A stretch of DNA of 62,225 nucleotides, counting the filler, from Circinaria calcarea (taxonomy: Eukaryota): NCBI GenBank assembly GCA_051942165.1. It is 10 parts of 10 records of this genome, joined end to end, with 100 filler letters (N's around TTAATTAATTAA, not from the genome) between each part and the next. Parts side by side here need not be neighbours in the genome. Positions count along the whole stretch, not along the records: positions 6,245 to 12,387 come from JAVECS010001661.1; positions 12,488 to 18,630 come from JAVECS010001662.1; positions 18,731 to 24,873 come from JAVECS010001663.1; 7 more parts are not named here. One strand, written 5' to 3'. Made by a program: the position numbers and the translations under genes. This document shows, piece after piece, positions 10,567 to 22,845 of the stretch (within the stretch, counting starts at the first letter, position 1; every line of letters begins with the position of its first letter). Below the pieces are notes generated by a model that worked only from the letters and a program-made list of their open reading frames with translations, searched no databases and was not told the DNA's origin.

Positions 10567-11747
10567 TTCCCCTCCCGGATCACCTACAGCCTCATTTTGT
10601 CAGGACGCCGGATTGCTGTCCTTGACCACTCGGCCAGTAATCTCTTCAGGTTTCAGACTGCTAGGGAGGTCATAGTGTAATGATCGCGCCGGTCAGCTTC
10701 CCAGGGGACATCGAAGATCTGTCGAAGGCTCAAAGCCTCGCCGGATTAGCGAATATTCTATTTACAGGGTCCACACCATTCCGCACGGCTACATTTAGGA
10801 ATCTGAATGATAGAAGAAGGCTTTGGCGCAGTCACCAATTAATGCCGGTCATGATGGCTGCCGATGCTATCATGATCACAGAATCCTTTTCCAATGGCGA
10901 TTACATACCTTGATGCGGCCACCGTAACAACGCATTTCTTCCCGTTGATTGCCAGGTTTGCCTGGTTGGCTTCCTTAGGCATTTCTAACTCAGATCCCAT
11001 CCAGTTATTGGTTCTTTACTTCGTTGCTGTCGGTGATATGCGACGTGGCAAGGCTTCCAAGTCGTCGTGTTGTGTGTTCTGATCGAGCAGACACCTTGGG
11101 TGGTCAGTCAGTCTGAGGTTCTGATAAGGCTGGCCAATAAATGGATTTGTACCAAGCACCCCATAATCGTGACATCCGCAATCTGCATCCACACCCCCCC
11201 GACATCCGCAATCCACCATCCACACTCACGCCATTTCCTGGGTATTGTCATTGGGTCCCCCTGCGACTTCCACGGAAGGTCCGGGCTGGGGGGACTTGTG
11301 TGTTAAGGGCAGCACTTTCGCATAGAAAACAACAAGCAACCTTGACCACTTGACAGGTATCCCTTGTCACAAGCTCATCTTAGGGGCATTACTTACATGT
11401 TCTCTAGTGTGGCAAGCCGCTAATTGACCTACCCGAACCTGCCTGCCCTGCCCCCCGTTCTGTCCTGCCCAAGATTGTTCAACTAGCGTAGCAGTCTTAG
11501 CCTTCGTTGCTTCGTTTTGTTCAAGTCCGATTCCCGTCTACAATATAATAAGCATGTCGAGTATATTCTCTGATTACAATGCAAGCAATCATTCGACTTT
11601 TATTCTCATTGTATCTAGAAGCCAGAAACGTATTTACGCCCCACAGGGTGCATACCAAACTGTACTACCGACTCTTATATAAGCCTATGCCAATTATACC
11701 TCCGTATTACCACCGTCATCACTCTCTGTGACTTTTCTTTATCCACG

Positions 11748-12169
11748 ATGCCACTATCTTTGTTCGCACGTCGTGGTAATGCCCTCCCTTTGGGAGTGTC
11801 ACATCAATCCCCAGACCTGGGTGGCATGATCAGCAGCATTGTCTTCGGCGTCTGTGCCTGTGTCATCGGCATCATCACCATTTGGCAAGGACACAAGGCA
11901 TGGATGGTTTGGCGTGTCCGTGGTGGTCCTCTGAGTCGTACAATGAGTAAGATCTGAAGCCATCTCTGCAAAGATATTCACTGCCGATGTTAGCTGACGC
12001 TGTTTCAAACCATCTAGGCCCTGAGCTACCTGGGGTAGATATTGAGATCGGTCCGGTATCTCCCTCGCCGACCAGTGCGTCTTTGCCGCAAAGCCAACAA
12101 AGAGAGAATCTAGAGGGCCGTGATGGAGAGGGACATGAAGCAGATGCAAGAGACAGTTTGGGTGACTAG
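11748..12169 (+). CDS. Small single-pass membrane protein, paralog 2 (about 116 aa, 2 exons)
   Basis: Exons 11748-11946 and 12018-12169 (GTAAGA..GCTGAC..TAG). Exon 1 is 199 nt, as in paralog 1. Sequence SPDLGGMISSIVFGVCACVIGIITIWQGHKAW. TATATAA near 11677. Confidence 0.72.
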
Positions 12170-12487
12170 GCCGTAACGGTAAGCTAGCTGCCTGATATAA
12201 AGATGGAAACGGTCAGGCAGCCAGGTGGAGATGATTTGCTGTTTCCAAGTTCGATGAATAATTAAAGCGGAAGATGCAGCTATAGGTTCTCGAACATATA
12301 AGATGAGAAAATAGGAGATTATATGATGACGTATTTCATTAAAACATTAAGCATGTTTTGTGCCTTATTATCAGTGTTCTCAATACCNNNNNNNNNNNNN
12401 NNNNNNNNNNNNNNNNNNNNNNNNNNNNNNNTTAATTAATTAANNNNNNNNNNNNNNNNNNNNNNNNNNNNNNNNNNNNNNNNNNNN

Positions 12488-13749
12488 GCTTGCAGGTGGC
12501 TAAAAAACGTCAGGATAATAGTAATGGACATAAGATAGACGGACATACAAACCATGGCGAGGCAAAAGACAATATCGGTAAGCCACCGGAGGAGGGGGCC
12601 AGCGTGGGCGGGCTAAACATCTTCCAGATATTACTGCAATAAACGGCACAGCCAAATTAGAGGCGGGCAATAGAAATAATACCTCGCATCGTGTATCCGA
12701 CGGCGTCCATGCAGGTCACGAGGGTAACGAGGAGGGTGGATCCATCAGCTCTGTCAGCACAATTTGCTCCGAAGAAAACGTTGCACAAGGCCTGGTCACA
12801 GAAACAGGGCATGGCCTTGCTATGACAGGCGGCGCTATTGTAAAGGGTAGGGTGTATCTTATACTTTGTCTCAATGGTCGAATACAGGACTGACTAGATT
12901 ACTTCGATAGCCCCGATGGATCTTTCGCTTGCCCTTGCTCAGGGATTCCACAATGCTCCTCGGCTCTATGGTGATACCACGGTCAGAAAGCCTATACGCA
13001 TTAATGGTTATAAATCCGGTCTTCGTGCAGCGGGTGAAGAATTTGGCTACGGCATTTATGATGGTTGGACTGGCCTTGTAAAGCATCCATACCACGGCGC
13101 AAAGAAGGACGGGGCCTTGGGCTTCGTCAAAGGCGTAGGGAAAGGGGTCGGTGGGTTTTTGCTCAAAGACCTCGCCGCCCTCTTCGGGCCATTTGGGTAT
13201 GCCATGAAGGGCATTCATAAAGAACTTGTAAAAGACAAGCAAGCCACCAACTTCATTCGCCAAGCAAGAAGGATTCAAGGCCAGCAGGATTTGATCGCCT
13301 TGGACGCCGGTGGAAAAGAAGAAGCTATCAGGACGGTGTGTCAAGGATGGCACATCATTATCGATGTCCGCACCGACTTTGAAGAAATAAAACATCATGG
13401 TATCCGCGGGCGAATTGCTTTCCACAAGGAACGCAAATACTGGCGCAAGCACGGAGCATTTGAGAATGTGGAGCAGGCCAATCGGGCGTTAGAAGCTAAG
13501 AGGGATGGGGAGGATTTCGACGAGGTGTTCGGACGGCAAATGTGGGAGTTGAAGAAGGCAGAGGGGCCGCGAAAGAGTACGATGAATCGGAAGCAAAGAA
13601 AGGCTCACTCGTCAACGGCGGGGGCGGGGCAAGACGTCGGAGATAGCAAAATCGATGGGGTGCTAGCAGGTGGCCATACAGGTACCGACATTGGGGATAA
13701 GGCCGCCATCGATACACAGGGAGATGACCAGGCTAGCGGGCATCACTAA
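12488..13749 (+). CDS. Sterol 3-beta-glucosyltransferase-like (GT1/GT28-type) protein, C-terminal part
   Basis: Motif PMDLSLALAQGFHNAPRLYGD-TVR...G--AAG-EFG-G-YDG-TGLV--PY-GAKK-G-LGF-KG-GKG is typical of the C-terminal extension of this fungal family. Intron about 12847-12910. Catalytic domain lies outside the contig. Confidence 0.75.
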
Positions 13750-14175
13750 AGGCTAGAAGATATTCTGGCAGAGCGAGCGGGAAAGGAGATTGATGACGGG
13801 GTCGAGAATGGAGGATTATCACTCTCGGTCTTGTTGCTTGCATTCACCGAGGGTGAAGAAATCTGGGAGTTTGGGTATACCCCTTTGCTGGCGGCATTAG
13901 CATAGTAGACCTCGTAGCCTTTGCCTTTGTCTGTAATAGCAATACCTCATCAAGTGACATATGAGCTATTGAAAAAGCTTTACCTCGGGAATACCTGCAC
14001 CGAATTCCTTCCTTTCGACGTTGAAATTGGGGAGGGGACAGTAAGCCCCACTTCCGACCGCTAACTTACGGATTGGGGATGAACCCCAAGTGTAAGCGCT
14101 ACTTTCCGGAGGCTGGGTAGGCCCGGGCCTTAACCGTCTTCAAGCAAGGGTCCCCGCCAGGCTAATGCAAATAAT

Positions 14176-14184
14176 CGCGTCGCG
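14176..14184. promoter_or_regulatory. Tandem MCB-like (CGCG-core) elements upstream of MRC1
   Basis: CGCGTCGCG (ACGCGA on the minus strand) about 115 bp upstream of the ATG of an S-phase checkpoint gene. Confidence 0.5.
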
Positions 14185-14297
14185 CTTCAACACGTAACAC
14201 GTCTTCTCGTTTAGCATATCATGCAGAATTACCGGTACAGCTGTTATACCATATATCAACCGTATGGCTTGATGCCGTAAAAAACACGGAAAAAGTA

Positions 14298-17200
14298 ATG
14301 TCGCTCCCGTCTACTCCAGATTCTCCAATGGAGGGTTCAATCGCCTCATCACCCGGACCAGAACTCAGCAGGGTGCCCATGGATCAACTCACGCCGAGGA
14401 GTAAAGTCAAGTCCATGCTGGCTGCTTTGGACGACTCCGATTCTAACGGGGAGTCTCGAGAATCTTCGAGGGCACTAGGAAGCGCCAGAAAGAGAGTGGT
14501 CGAGTTTCTCCAGAAGGCTGAGGATACAATTGCGGAAAGAAGAGGGGGGGCGATCACGGCGATCCCGGAAAGTGGTGCAGAAGAGGACATTCACGAGGAT
14601 GACATAGTTGCACCTAGAGGCAAGCTCGCTGCTCGTCTGCATGGACAGCCTACTACCACCGCTGGGAAGGCGGAATCAGGTAAGGACCCAAGCGCCAATG
14701 CCTATGAGCGGGTCAAGCAACAATTACTACAAAAGCCTCAACAATCGGTCAGAGCGACGTCTGAGGACAGTGTTACTTCTAACGGGTTGGACCAAGAGGT
14801 CCCAACAACCAGGAAACTGTTACGAGGCAAGAGACCAAAGGCAATCGCCTCGGACAGTGAGGCTTCATCCATCCTAACTCCAGAACAACGAAAGCCATCG
14901 CCCGGACTGTTCCTTACACCTGAAGAACCTCAACTAGCAGAGAAGCCCACGATTGTAATTGATCCTTCGGGTCTTTTTCTCACGCCTGAAGAACCTAAGC
15001 TGGCGAACAAACCCTCAAACCGAAGTGATTCTTCGGGTCTCTTTCTCACGTCTACACCGACGAAAGCATCTGCGCCTACCGAAGTACAGGATCAAAGCAA
15101 TGGCTCGGACTCTGATCTCCCTCTCGAGCCACAAGCCAAATCTCGTTTCCTTGCACTTGTGGCGAGAAAGCGGGAGGAACGACAAGCAAGAGATGCAGTA
15201 GAAAAGAAGAAAACGGAGGATAGAAAGGCGCTGCGAGACGCGCACTCGGAAACCAACGGGGCAGAAGGGACCATAGGGACTTCTGAGGAGGACAGCGAAG
15301 GCGAAGTCGCTGCAGGAAGGAAGCTGACGCAGCAGGCCAGACCTTCACGCAAGGCAAGCAAGAAAGCCCTGGAGGAGATGAACAGGGAAACACAGCGCAT
15401 GAGTCGAAACATGCAGCTAGCACATCAAGCGAAGACAAAGAAGAAGATCACGAAGGAGAGCTTGTTGGCAAGGTTCAACTTTCGTTGCAATCCTACTCCT
15501 CCCGCAACTGACGTTCAAGAGGCAAGCTCTTCAATAAGAGGGAGCTCGGCGCCAGTCTCAGATGTTGAAGGGATGAAGGATCATGAAACGCCTCCAACAA
15601 GCCCAGCAATGCCTGACAATAGCCTCCCAAAACTAGGAGCTGTTGATCCAAAGACGAGCAGGGACTATGTTGTGAGCAAGCTTTCTGACGATATCGAAGA
15701 CGATTTGCCCAGCATGGAGGACGTCATGGCAATTTCCGGTGCACGCAATAGCAAAGGCAAGGCCAAAGCTACGGAAGACATTTTCTCTGACCCTATCGAG
15801 GACTTTCCAAGCGCGGAAGATATGAGAGCTCAATCTGTTATTCATAGTGACAAGAACAAGGACAAGCCCATAGCAAATGACAAGCCCGTTCCAATACACA
15901 AACCGAGGAAACCAACATTCACTCAACCACCTATCAGAATAAAGCCACCGAAAACTACTACCCGTCGCACATCACCTGATTCGGACAACGATCTTGAAAT
16001 TCTCCCCGTCAGCAAATACCGGAAATCCCGGAGACTTGATGTCTTGGACTGTTTGCCAGCCCAGAAAACTGCTGAGAATCGCTCGTTGCAAACCCTACGC
16101 GCTTTGGCCCACCTAACTTCGCCAAGTGAACAGGGCTCAAAGTCAAAATCATCAATCACGCCTGCCGAGATGCAAATGTCGTTACAAAAGCGGGCTAGAC
16201 AGCAAGCTGCAAGGGAGCGCGCAGAAAAAATCCAGGAACTAAAAGATAGAGGCATCATAGTCCAGTCGACAGAAGAGAGAGAACGAGATCAAGCTGAGGT
16301 TGAAAATCTTCTCGAAAAAGCTAGAAGAGAGGCGGACGAGATCACTAAGAAAGAAAAAGATGCCGCAAAAAAGGAACAGGGTGAGAATGGAAATGAAGGG
16401 GGGCTGGAGGACTCCAGCGATGAGGATGAAGAATACAAGGACGATGAGACTGAAGCCTTAGAAGTCGAATCGTCTGAATCTGAAGGTGAAGATGGACATG
16501 ATGCGCATGACGATTCAGAGGAAGAACGGAGCAATGAAGAGGATGAAGAAGCTATAGCAGTTGGCGTCAAATTACTTCCTAGACCTGGAGATCTCATCGA
16601 TAACAAAGCATCGAAGGATGGCGCCGTGGACAGGCTGCTGTACGAAGGCGAAGACAATGATAGGGAAGAAACCCCTGAAAGAAGATTGCATAATAGGATG
16701 AGTAGACGGAGAAACAAAATCAATCATGTCGTTGACGAAGAAGATGGCGAAGACAGTAGCCTCGAAAATGATCCGGCGAGCAGTGGGCCTTTTGAAAACC
16801 CTATGGTACCCAATCTCCATGGATCCAATGACGCACCAATGGGCCTAACCCAAGCCTTCGCAGCGACCATGGCGGATAGCCAGACTCAGATACACGTGGA
16901 TCCAGGAGAGTCGGATCAGGAGCAAGATTCATTAGCCTTTCTGAGAGGTATGCCGGAACCTGGCTTTCCAATGATTGATGCCGATGCAATGATTCTTGAC
17001 AGCCAGCCTGCATTAGGGAGTGCAGAAATTGAGCTTCATCTTTCACAATCACAGATTGACCATGTGGTGGCCACACAGTGCTCAGAGTTACCAGATCCTA
17101 GTCAAGACGTCGGCTTTCGGCTCTCTTCACCAATTAACACTCGATTCGTCTCTGTTCCGTCATCAACGGTGGATACAGTAGTGCTATCCGCAACTGCGGA

Positions 17201-18630
17201 GGATGAAACTGTAGGGGAGGAAGTTATTGTCAAGAAAAAAGGCCAGCTTCGGCGTCGAGCAGAAGCGGTTGCGAATCTTTCCAAGGAAGATAAGGAGCGC
17301 GTAGTGCTTGGTATCCAGAATGAGCAGTTTGAGATATCTGCCAATGCTTTCGATGTCCTAAAGCAAGCTCACAGAAGACCTCCCCCAAAGACAGAGTTGT
17401 TTGATAGGACAAAGAGTGACGCAAAAGGCATGGTGGAGGAGCAGGCCGAGGAGTCCGAGGACGAGTATGCTGGATTGGGAGGTGCCAGCGATGAGGGGAG
17501 TGGAGGTGAGGAGGACGAAGATGTTAGGAAAATGATTGACGAGGGGGAGGTAAAGGTCGATGAAAGGAAGCTGGCAGCATTCTATGCGTAAGGAGCCCAA
17601 TTCTGTTCCTCGTTTTTCAACAAATGAATATACTAACCTGCCTTTCCCACAGCGATAAAGAACGAGCTTCCGATGAGAAGGCTGTAGAGAAACTATTCAA
17701 GGACATTAAAAATGGCATGCTTCGCCGCAAACGTGGTGCTGAATTCGACCTTTCTGATTCAGATGACGACGTTGAAGCTAGACGCAGACGGAAAAGACAG
17801 CAATTCGCCAAAATTCAAAAGGCACTCTGTGAAAACGAGAATGTCCGCAAGATCGTAAAGGACCCAAAGAAAGTGGCTTTTCTGCGTGCTATTGAGGATC
17901 GTGAAAATGACGAGGATATTGACTTTTTGGAACAGCCAGATCAGGGGTCAGATCAGATCATGGCCGACACCCAAGAAGAATCTCAGTCACAGGATTCTCC
18001 CGCTACGATGCCAGAAACCGCAATAGGCGCAAGGTCCAAACGACCTCTTCAACTTTCCATGCCCGACGCTGCCAACGCTAACCGTCCCGCTGCACCAGTC
18101 CGCCGTGCGCAGAAGATTAAAAAACCATCCACTCTAGCCGAAATCCGCGAGTCCGTTTCTTTCCTCATCGAAGAGCCTGATGCTATGCCCTTACAAGCGC
18201 CTTCCACCGATTTGTCCTCTGAGGAAGAAGAAAACGCCGAAAATCCACAATCAGACACGCAACGAAATAACTTTTCCTCCCGCCATACCGCCAACCCTAT
18301 CATCGACCGCCTCTCCCTCAAACGTGCCGCTTCGACTTCCCTTTCCTCTTCCTCCTCGTCTTCCTCCTCTTCCCGTCTCGCATTCATCAACCCCACTCAT
18401 CCGACCACCCACCCCGGTTTCCGAGTCCCGAGTCTCCTCCGTCGCGCCACCACACAAAACTTCGCCAGCGCAGCAGACGCAAACGGGATCTCGACGTTGG
18501 CGGCTACGACCGAGAGAGCGGCGGGTGGTGGGGAGGGTAAGGGAGGCGTGAGGAAGGGCGGGAGTAAACGGAGTAGCATTAACTGGTTTAGTCGGGAGGA
18601 GGCAAGGAGGAAGGCGGTAGAGGGGAGAGA
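14298..18630 (+). CDS. MRC1: Replication checkpoint mediator Mrc1/claspin-like protein, 3'-truncated
   Basis: RKASKKALEEMNRETQRMSRNMQLAHQA, SQ/TQ-rich region, and MRC1-like domain VEEQAEESEDEYAGLGG..KLAAFYA|DKERASDEK..KDIKNGMLRRKRG. Intron about 17588-17652. Confidence 0.9.
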
Positions 18631-19415
18631 NNNNNNNNNNNNNNNNNNNNNNNNNNNNNNNNNNNNNNNNNNNNTTAATTAATTAANNNNNNNNNNNNNN
18701 NNNNNNNNNNNNNNNNNNNNNNNNNNNNNNTGTACGTGTGAAGTGACCATATAGCAGTAGGACCATACCGACAGCTGAATTATCTCCTCGTATATATAAG
18801 CGTATAAGCATACGCAATGCAGGGCAGAGTTGCGAGCTCCAGTTTGATCAGGAGCGCACCCTCACCTCACAATTATACACAATCTTGGTCAAGCAAAATC
18901 AGGTGACAAGGAGAAACAGGGTACCAAGCCCTATTGCCATTGGATCCAATTAGATCTATCTACTTACCGCCATGCATCGGAAATCTTTTGGCTTTGTGGC
19001 GTCCAATTGCATCCCTACCATCGGCCACATGTTTCCCAATCTTCCGATGCAAACTGAGATACTGTACTCGAACTCCCAAAAGCAATAACCTAGACAGGGG
19101 CCTACCTCACTCGCAATACCTACTCAGACGTTACGCTATAATCAATCAAAAACAGAACACAGTGGGCTATCAAGGCAAAACGCTTCCAAAGTATCATGAC
19201 ATGGACTATATTGAATCTTGAGTTCTATATAACAGCAATAGCCATGATCTGGTTCCCATTAGGTCTGCAATATAAATGCTGGGGCCATCATCAGCCCACA
19301 ATTTGATGAACTGTTTGCGTCCTAGACCCAGCGGACTGCGGAAAACCCTGATGTTCCATAAAATACCTTGATGAGGATGCCGCTGAAGTAATCTAGGTTG
19401 ACTGGGACCCTCGTC

Positions 19416-20393
19416 TCAATATATCACCATGTTCCATCCGATATCTTCACACAATTTTAGTGCACAAGCAATACATCCCTTCCAATGAAGCACTGCAGAG
19501 CCTGTCGTGTCCTCACTCTGTTTAACCATAGCGATTTGGGATAGTTGCGCTGTGCCACAACCATGAAGAGGTACAAGGCACTTGCTAGTATCATTGTTGG
19601 GTGGCAAATTACGGAGCGGATGTAGGCCCGTTTCCTCTTTGATATTGGCGAGATGATATAACATTCCAAGTTTCCCTGCCTGAACTGCAGGACTGTGACC
19701 ACATTCGGGAGAAAAAATCGTAGTTGCAAGACCGTCGATGAGACTCCAGAGGGCAATATCTTGTCCTATGGAGGTGGACATTCGGAGAGTATCCATTCTT
19801 TGATCGGTAGTCTCCCAAATTTCGTAGGCAGGTCTACTGTAGAATACTCTTTCTGGTACGTAAGAGACCCCCAGAGGTGCAGACGAAGCGTGGTAATCTT
19901 GCTGTGACCAGGGTTCCTTCTGACTAAATATCTGTGATATATTCGCGCCAGAGCGCCGGAGAGTCCCTTGAAGAAGTCGGTAAGACGCATACCCCACCCG
20001 TACAGGGACATGGGTCTCAACGATTGCCGGAAACACAACCTGTCCGTAACCTTGGGAAACAATAATGCTGTATATATTATCGTCATGCGTCGTTGTCTGA
20101 TGACCTAGAAGATGTAACAAGTGATGGAACAGCCCCTCAGCTTTATATAATATAGGAGCATTCTCGCCAACGCCGGTGGCTAAACTCCACCATCCACGCT
20201 GTACAATCCTCGTCCAGTCCAAATGATCGGTATAGCATACGTCCTCAGAAAAACCCATATATATAAAATTAATAGTTTCTTCTATATTATTTAGCCAGTT
20301 TGTATTGTACCTGAGACATCGGTATGTTTCAACTTGAAAATCAGTCTTTTTTAATTGACTTTTGGGTCGATGTGACGATTGTTCATAACTCAT
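19416..20393 (-). CDS. Hypothetical protein (325 aa), possibly a 5'-truncated remnant
   Basis: Long ORF with Cys-rich C-terminus (CIACALKLC). Starts only 86 bp after the kinase stop. No domain recognised. Confidence 0.5.
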   Translation of the reverse strand: MSYEQSSHRPKSQLKKTDFQVETYRCLRYNTNWLNNIEETINFIYMGFSEDVCYTDHLDWTRIVQRGWWSLATGVGENAPILYKAEGLFHHLLHLLGHQTTTHDDNIYSIIVSQGYGQVVFPAIVETHVPVRVGYASYRLLQGTLRRSGANISQIFSQKEPWSQQDYHASSAPLGVSYVPERVFYSRPAYEIWETTDQRMDTLRMSTSIGQDIALWSLIDGLATTIFSPECGHSPAVQAGKLGMLYHLANIKEETGLHPLRNLPPNNDTSKCLVPLHGCGTAQLSQIAMVKQSEDTTGSAVLHWKGCIACALKLCEDIGWNMVIY

Positions 20394-20479
20394 AATAAGG
20401 AAGGAACAAGTAGGTCTGCCGTTATATCACCCGCGGATAGCAGAAAAATAACCTCGCAACGATAGAGAACAAAACGATA

Positions 20480-22622
20480 TTAAGCCTGTAATTGAAGTAT
20501 ACGCTGCTCAAAGGAAGCTAATGCCACAGGCTCAGCGGTCTCTTGATCTGGTTCGGGTAATGCCGGCGATCCCTGTCCAACACCGGTACTCTCCTCCTGA
20601 GGCTCATTCCCAGAAGCCAATTGACTTTCAAGACTGGCCGTGAAATGATTCTTCCTAATAAAAAGACCGGTGGCAACCTCCTCCCTAGGGCCTTCGTCCA
20701 AATTAAAGCCCCCAACTGAATTGGAATTCCCTAGGCCGATCGTCAAAGACCAGCTTGACGTGTGGGAGATCCTCCGCCGGCGCGTTGGAGGTCCAGAATT
20801 AGAACCATCTGTTGATGGGTGAGCATATACCGATGCTTTTCCGTGGGCCCCAAGGCTGTAGTTCCAAGTGCTACCCTCCCAAAGCTTTTCAGTTAAAATA
20901 GAACGAGGTAATGAGTGATTGCTGGTCGCTGTCTCTGCCAACCGGGGTGACTGCGGTGATCCGTTTTTTGAAGAATCGGTTTGCCAAGCGACTTCGGCTG
21001 GTGTATCAACCTCTCTGTCGTTTGCACCAATAATATAGCCTTCTCGGCTTTTTCTGAACAGACCACTTCTTAACCCTTTCAGCAAGCACTGGTCTGCTGT
21101 ATATCTCTCCTCGGGATTAGCCTTTATCATGTTAAAGAGAAGGTCCATCACCAGGTCGTAATCATCAGTCCATTCAGTAAGCTCCTCACGAAGCCTCGTG
21201 GACCACAATTTGACCCACTCACGTAGGTTAGCGTCACTGTTGACACGAGGGAAGTCGGGAGTATCCGGAAGACGGTACATGAGCCGCAGCATCATAACGC
21301 CTAATGACCATATGTCTGCCTTTGGTCCATATCCGTCACTGTTACCAGGATAAACCTCAGGCGCACAGTACAGATATGTTCCACAAAAGGTTTTTAAGAG
21401 ATGATCTGTTGCCAGGTTCGAAAGGCCAAAATCGGCGATGATGATGTTGAGAGGCGTCTCAGCCTCGATAAGGAAGTTCTCTGGCTTAATATCTCGATGT
21501 ACCACTCCACGGCTATGCAGCCAGCTAAGGGCGAGGAGGATCTGTAAAAGAGCGCGTCCATACGTATAAGGTTTATCAAGAGGATTGTACTCCTGAAGGT
21601 TTCCGAGCTTATAATAGGGCATAATGATGATAAAAAGGCCAGGCTCCTCCACGGATTCTATCACTGGCATGACGTTGGGCTGTTGGATGATTAGAGCTGG
21701 CTTGTTAGCTGATATTGTCACTTACATGAGCGTTCTTACTCATAATATCAGCCTCCTTCCGTTTGCTCGCGTACCAGTCTGCTTGTTCGCGCTTCCTCTT
21801 CTTATCGTCGTTGTCTGTACCCTTCGATGGACGGGAGAACTTTTTCATGGCATAAAACTTTCCGTCTCGGTTGCTCATGACCTTGTGGACTACTGCAAAT
21901 GAGCCCCGTCCAATTTCCCCATAGTCGATATAGATCGGTTGTGAACACTGATAGGGAGTCCTAGGTTCACTGGGTGCCGTGGTAATCGGATTGCTATTCA
22001 GGCCGAGTGCATCAACGGGTGGAAGTGCCTTTTTATTTTCTTTAATAAATGCTTCCAACTTCGCCACGTACTCAGGGCGACCGGCTTCCTGGTTGGGAAA
22101 GTCAACATTGAATGCAAGAGTACCTGCATAAACAATGAGTTCCTTCCATTCCTTTGTTGACCTTGGCGGATGAGCGATAATCCACCTTTCTTTTTGCCGC
22201 TTCTCATTTCCTGCTTTACCATCATAACTAACAGCGGTTCCAAAAGTTGAAAAAAAATCCTCGAGATACCAAGACCCATCTTCTTGGACCACAAAAACAA
22301 ACTGTAAAGCACTGATACCTCTCACCCCTCGGTATTTCAGGAGGATATCGGAGGTTTTCGTATTGGTGCCGAACTGCAACCCTTTGGCCAGATTATTGAC
22401 TAGATCGCTGAACTTCAGCACCATGCGATCGATAGACTCGATATCTCCTCCGGAGGGCGAGAGCGTAGGATCCCGACTGCCAATGGTAGGTTCTTCAGCG
22501 ATGCATCCGGCCGCCTTCTGGTACCGAGCGGCATTGTGTGGTTGACTGAAGGCCCTCGATGCGTTGTCTCCTTTACTCCCACGACATGGGGTCAGGACTG
22601 CGAGGACGTTCGGGTCGTTCAT
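20480..22622 (-). CDS. Ser/Thr protein kinase with a putative degenerate FHA-like N-terminus (about 698 aa)
   Basis: Exons 22622-21726 and 21679-20480, 46-nt GTAAGT..CAG intron. Motifs IGRGSFAVV, YAMKK, HRDIKPEN, DFG, CGTYLYCAPE and DIWSLG. Confidence 0.9.
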
Positions 22623-22845
22623 GTTTGCAAGGCGAGGTAAAATTAATGGATGACAGGATTAATAGTTAGACAGTTCCAATAACCCGAACGGATAGGAGTG
22701 AATATTGCGGGGCTGCACGTAGAAGCGGCCCGACATTAATCCGACAACAACTCACTTTTGCTGTCTGCCACCTCGAATCCTTTAACCTCTACCTCGTCCC
22801 CCCCCTTGTGTGCCCTTTTGTTCTTCTCGCATTTCCCTGCCTGCT

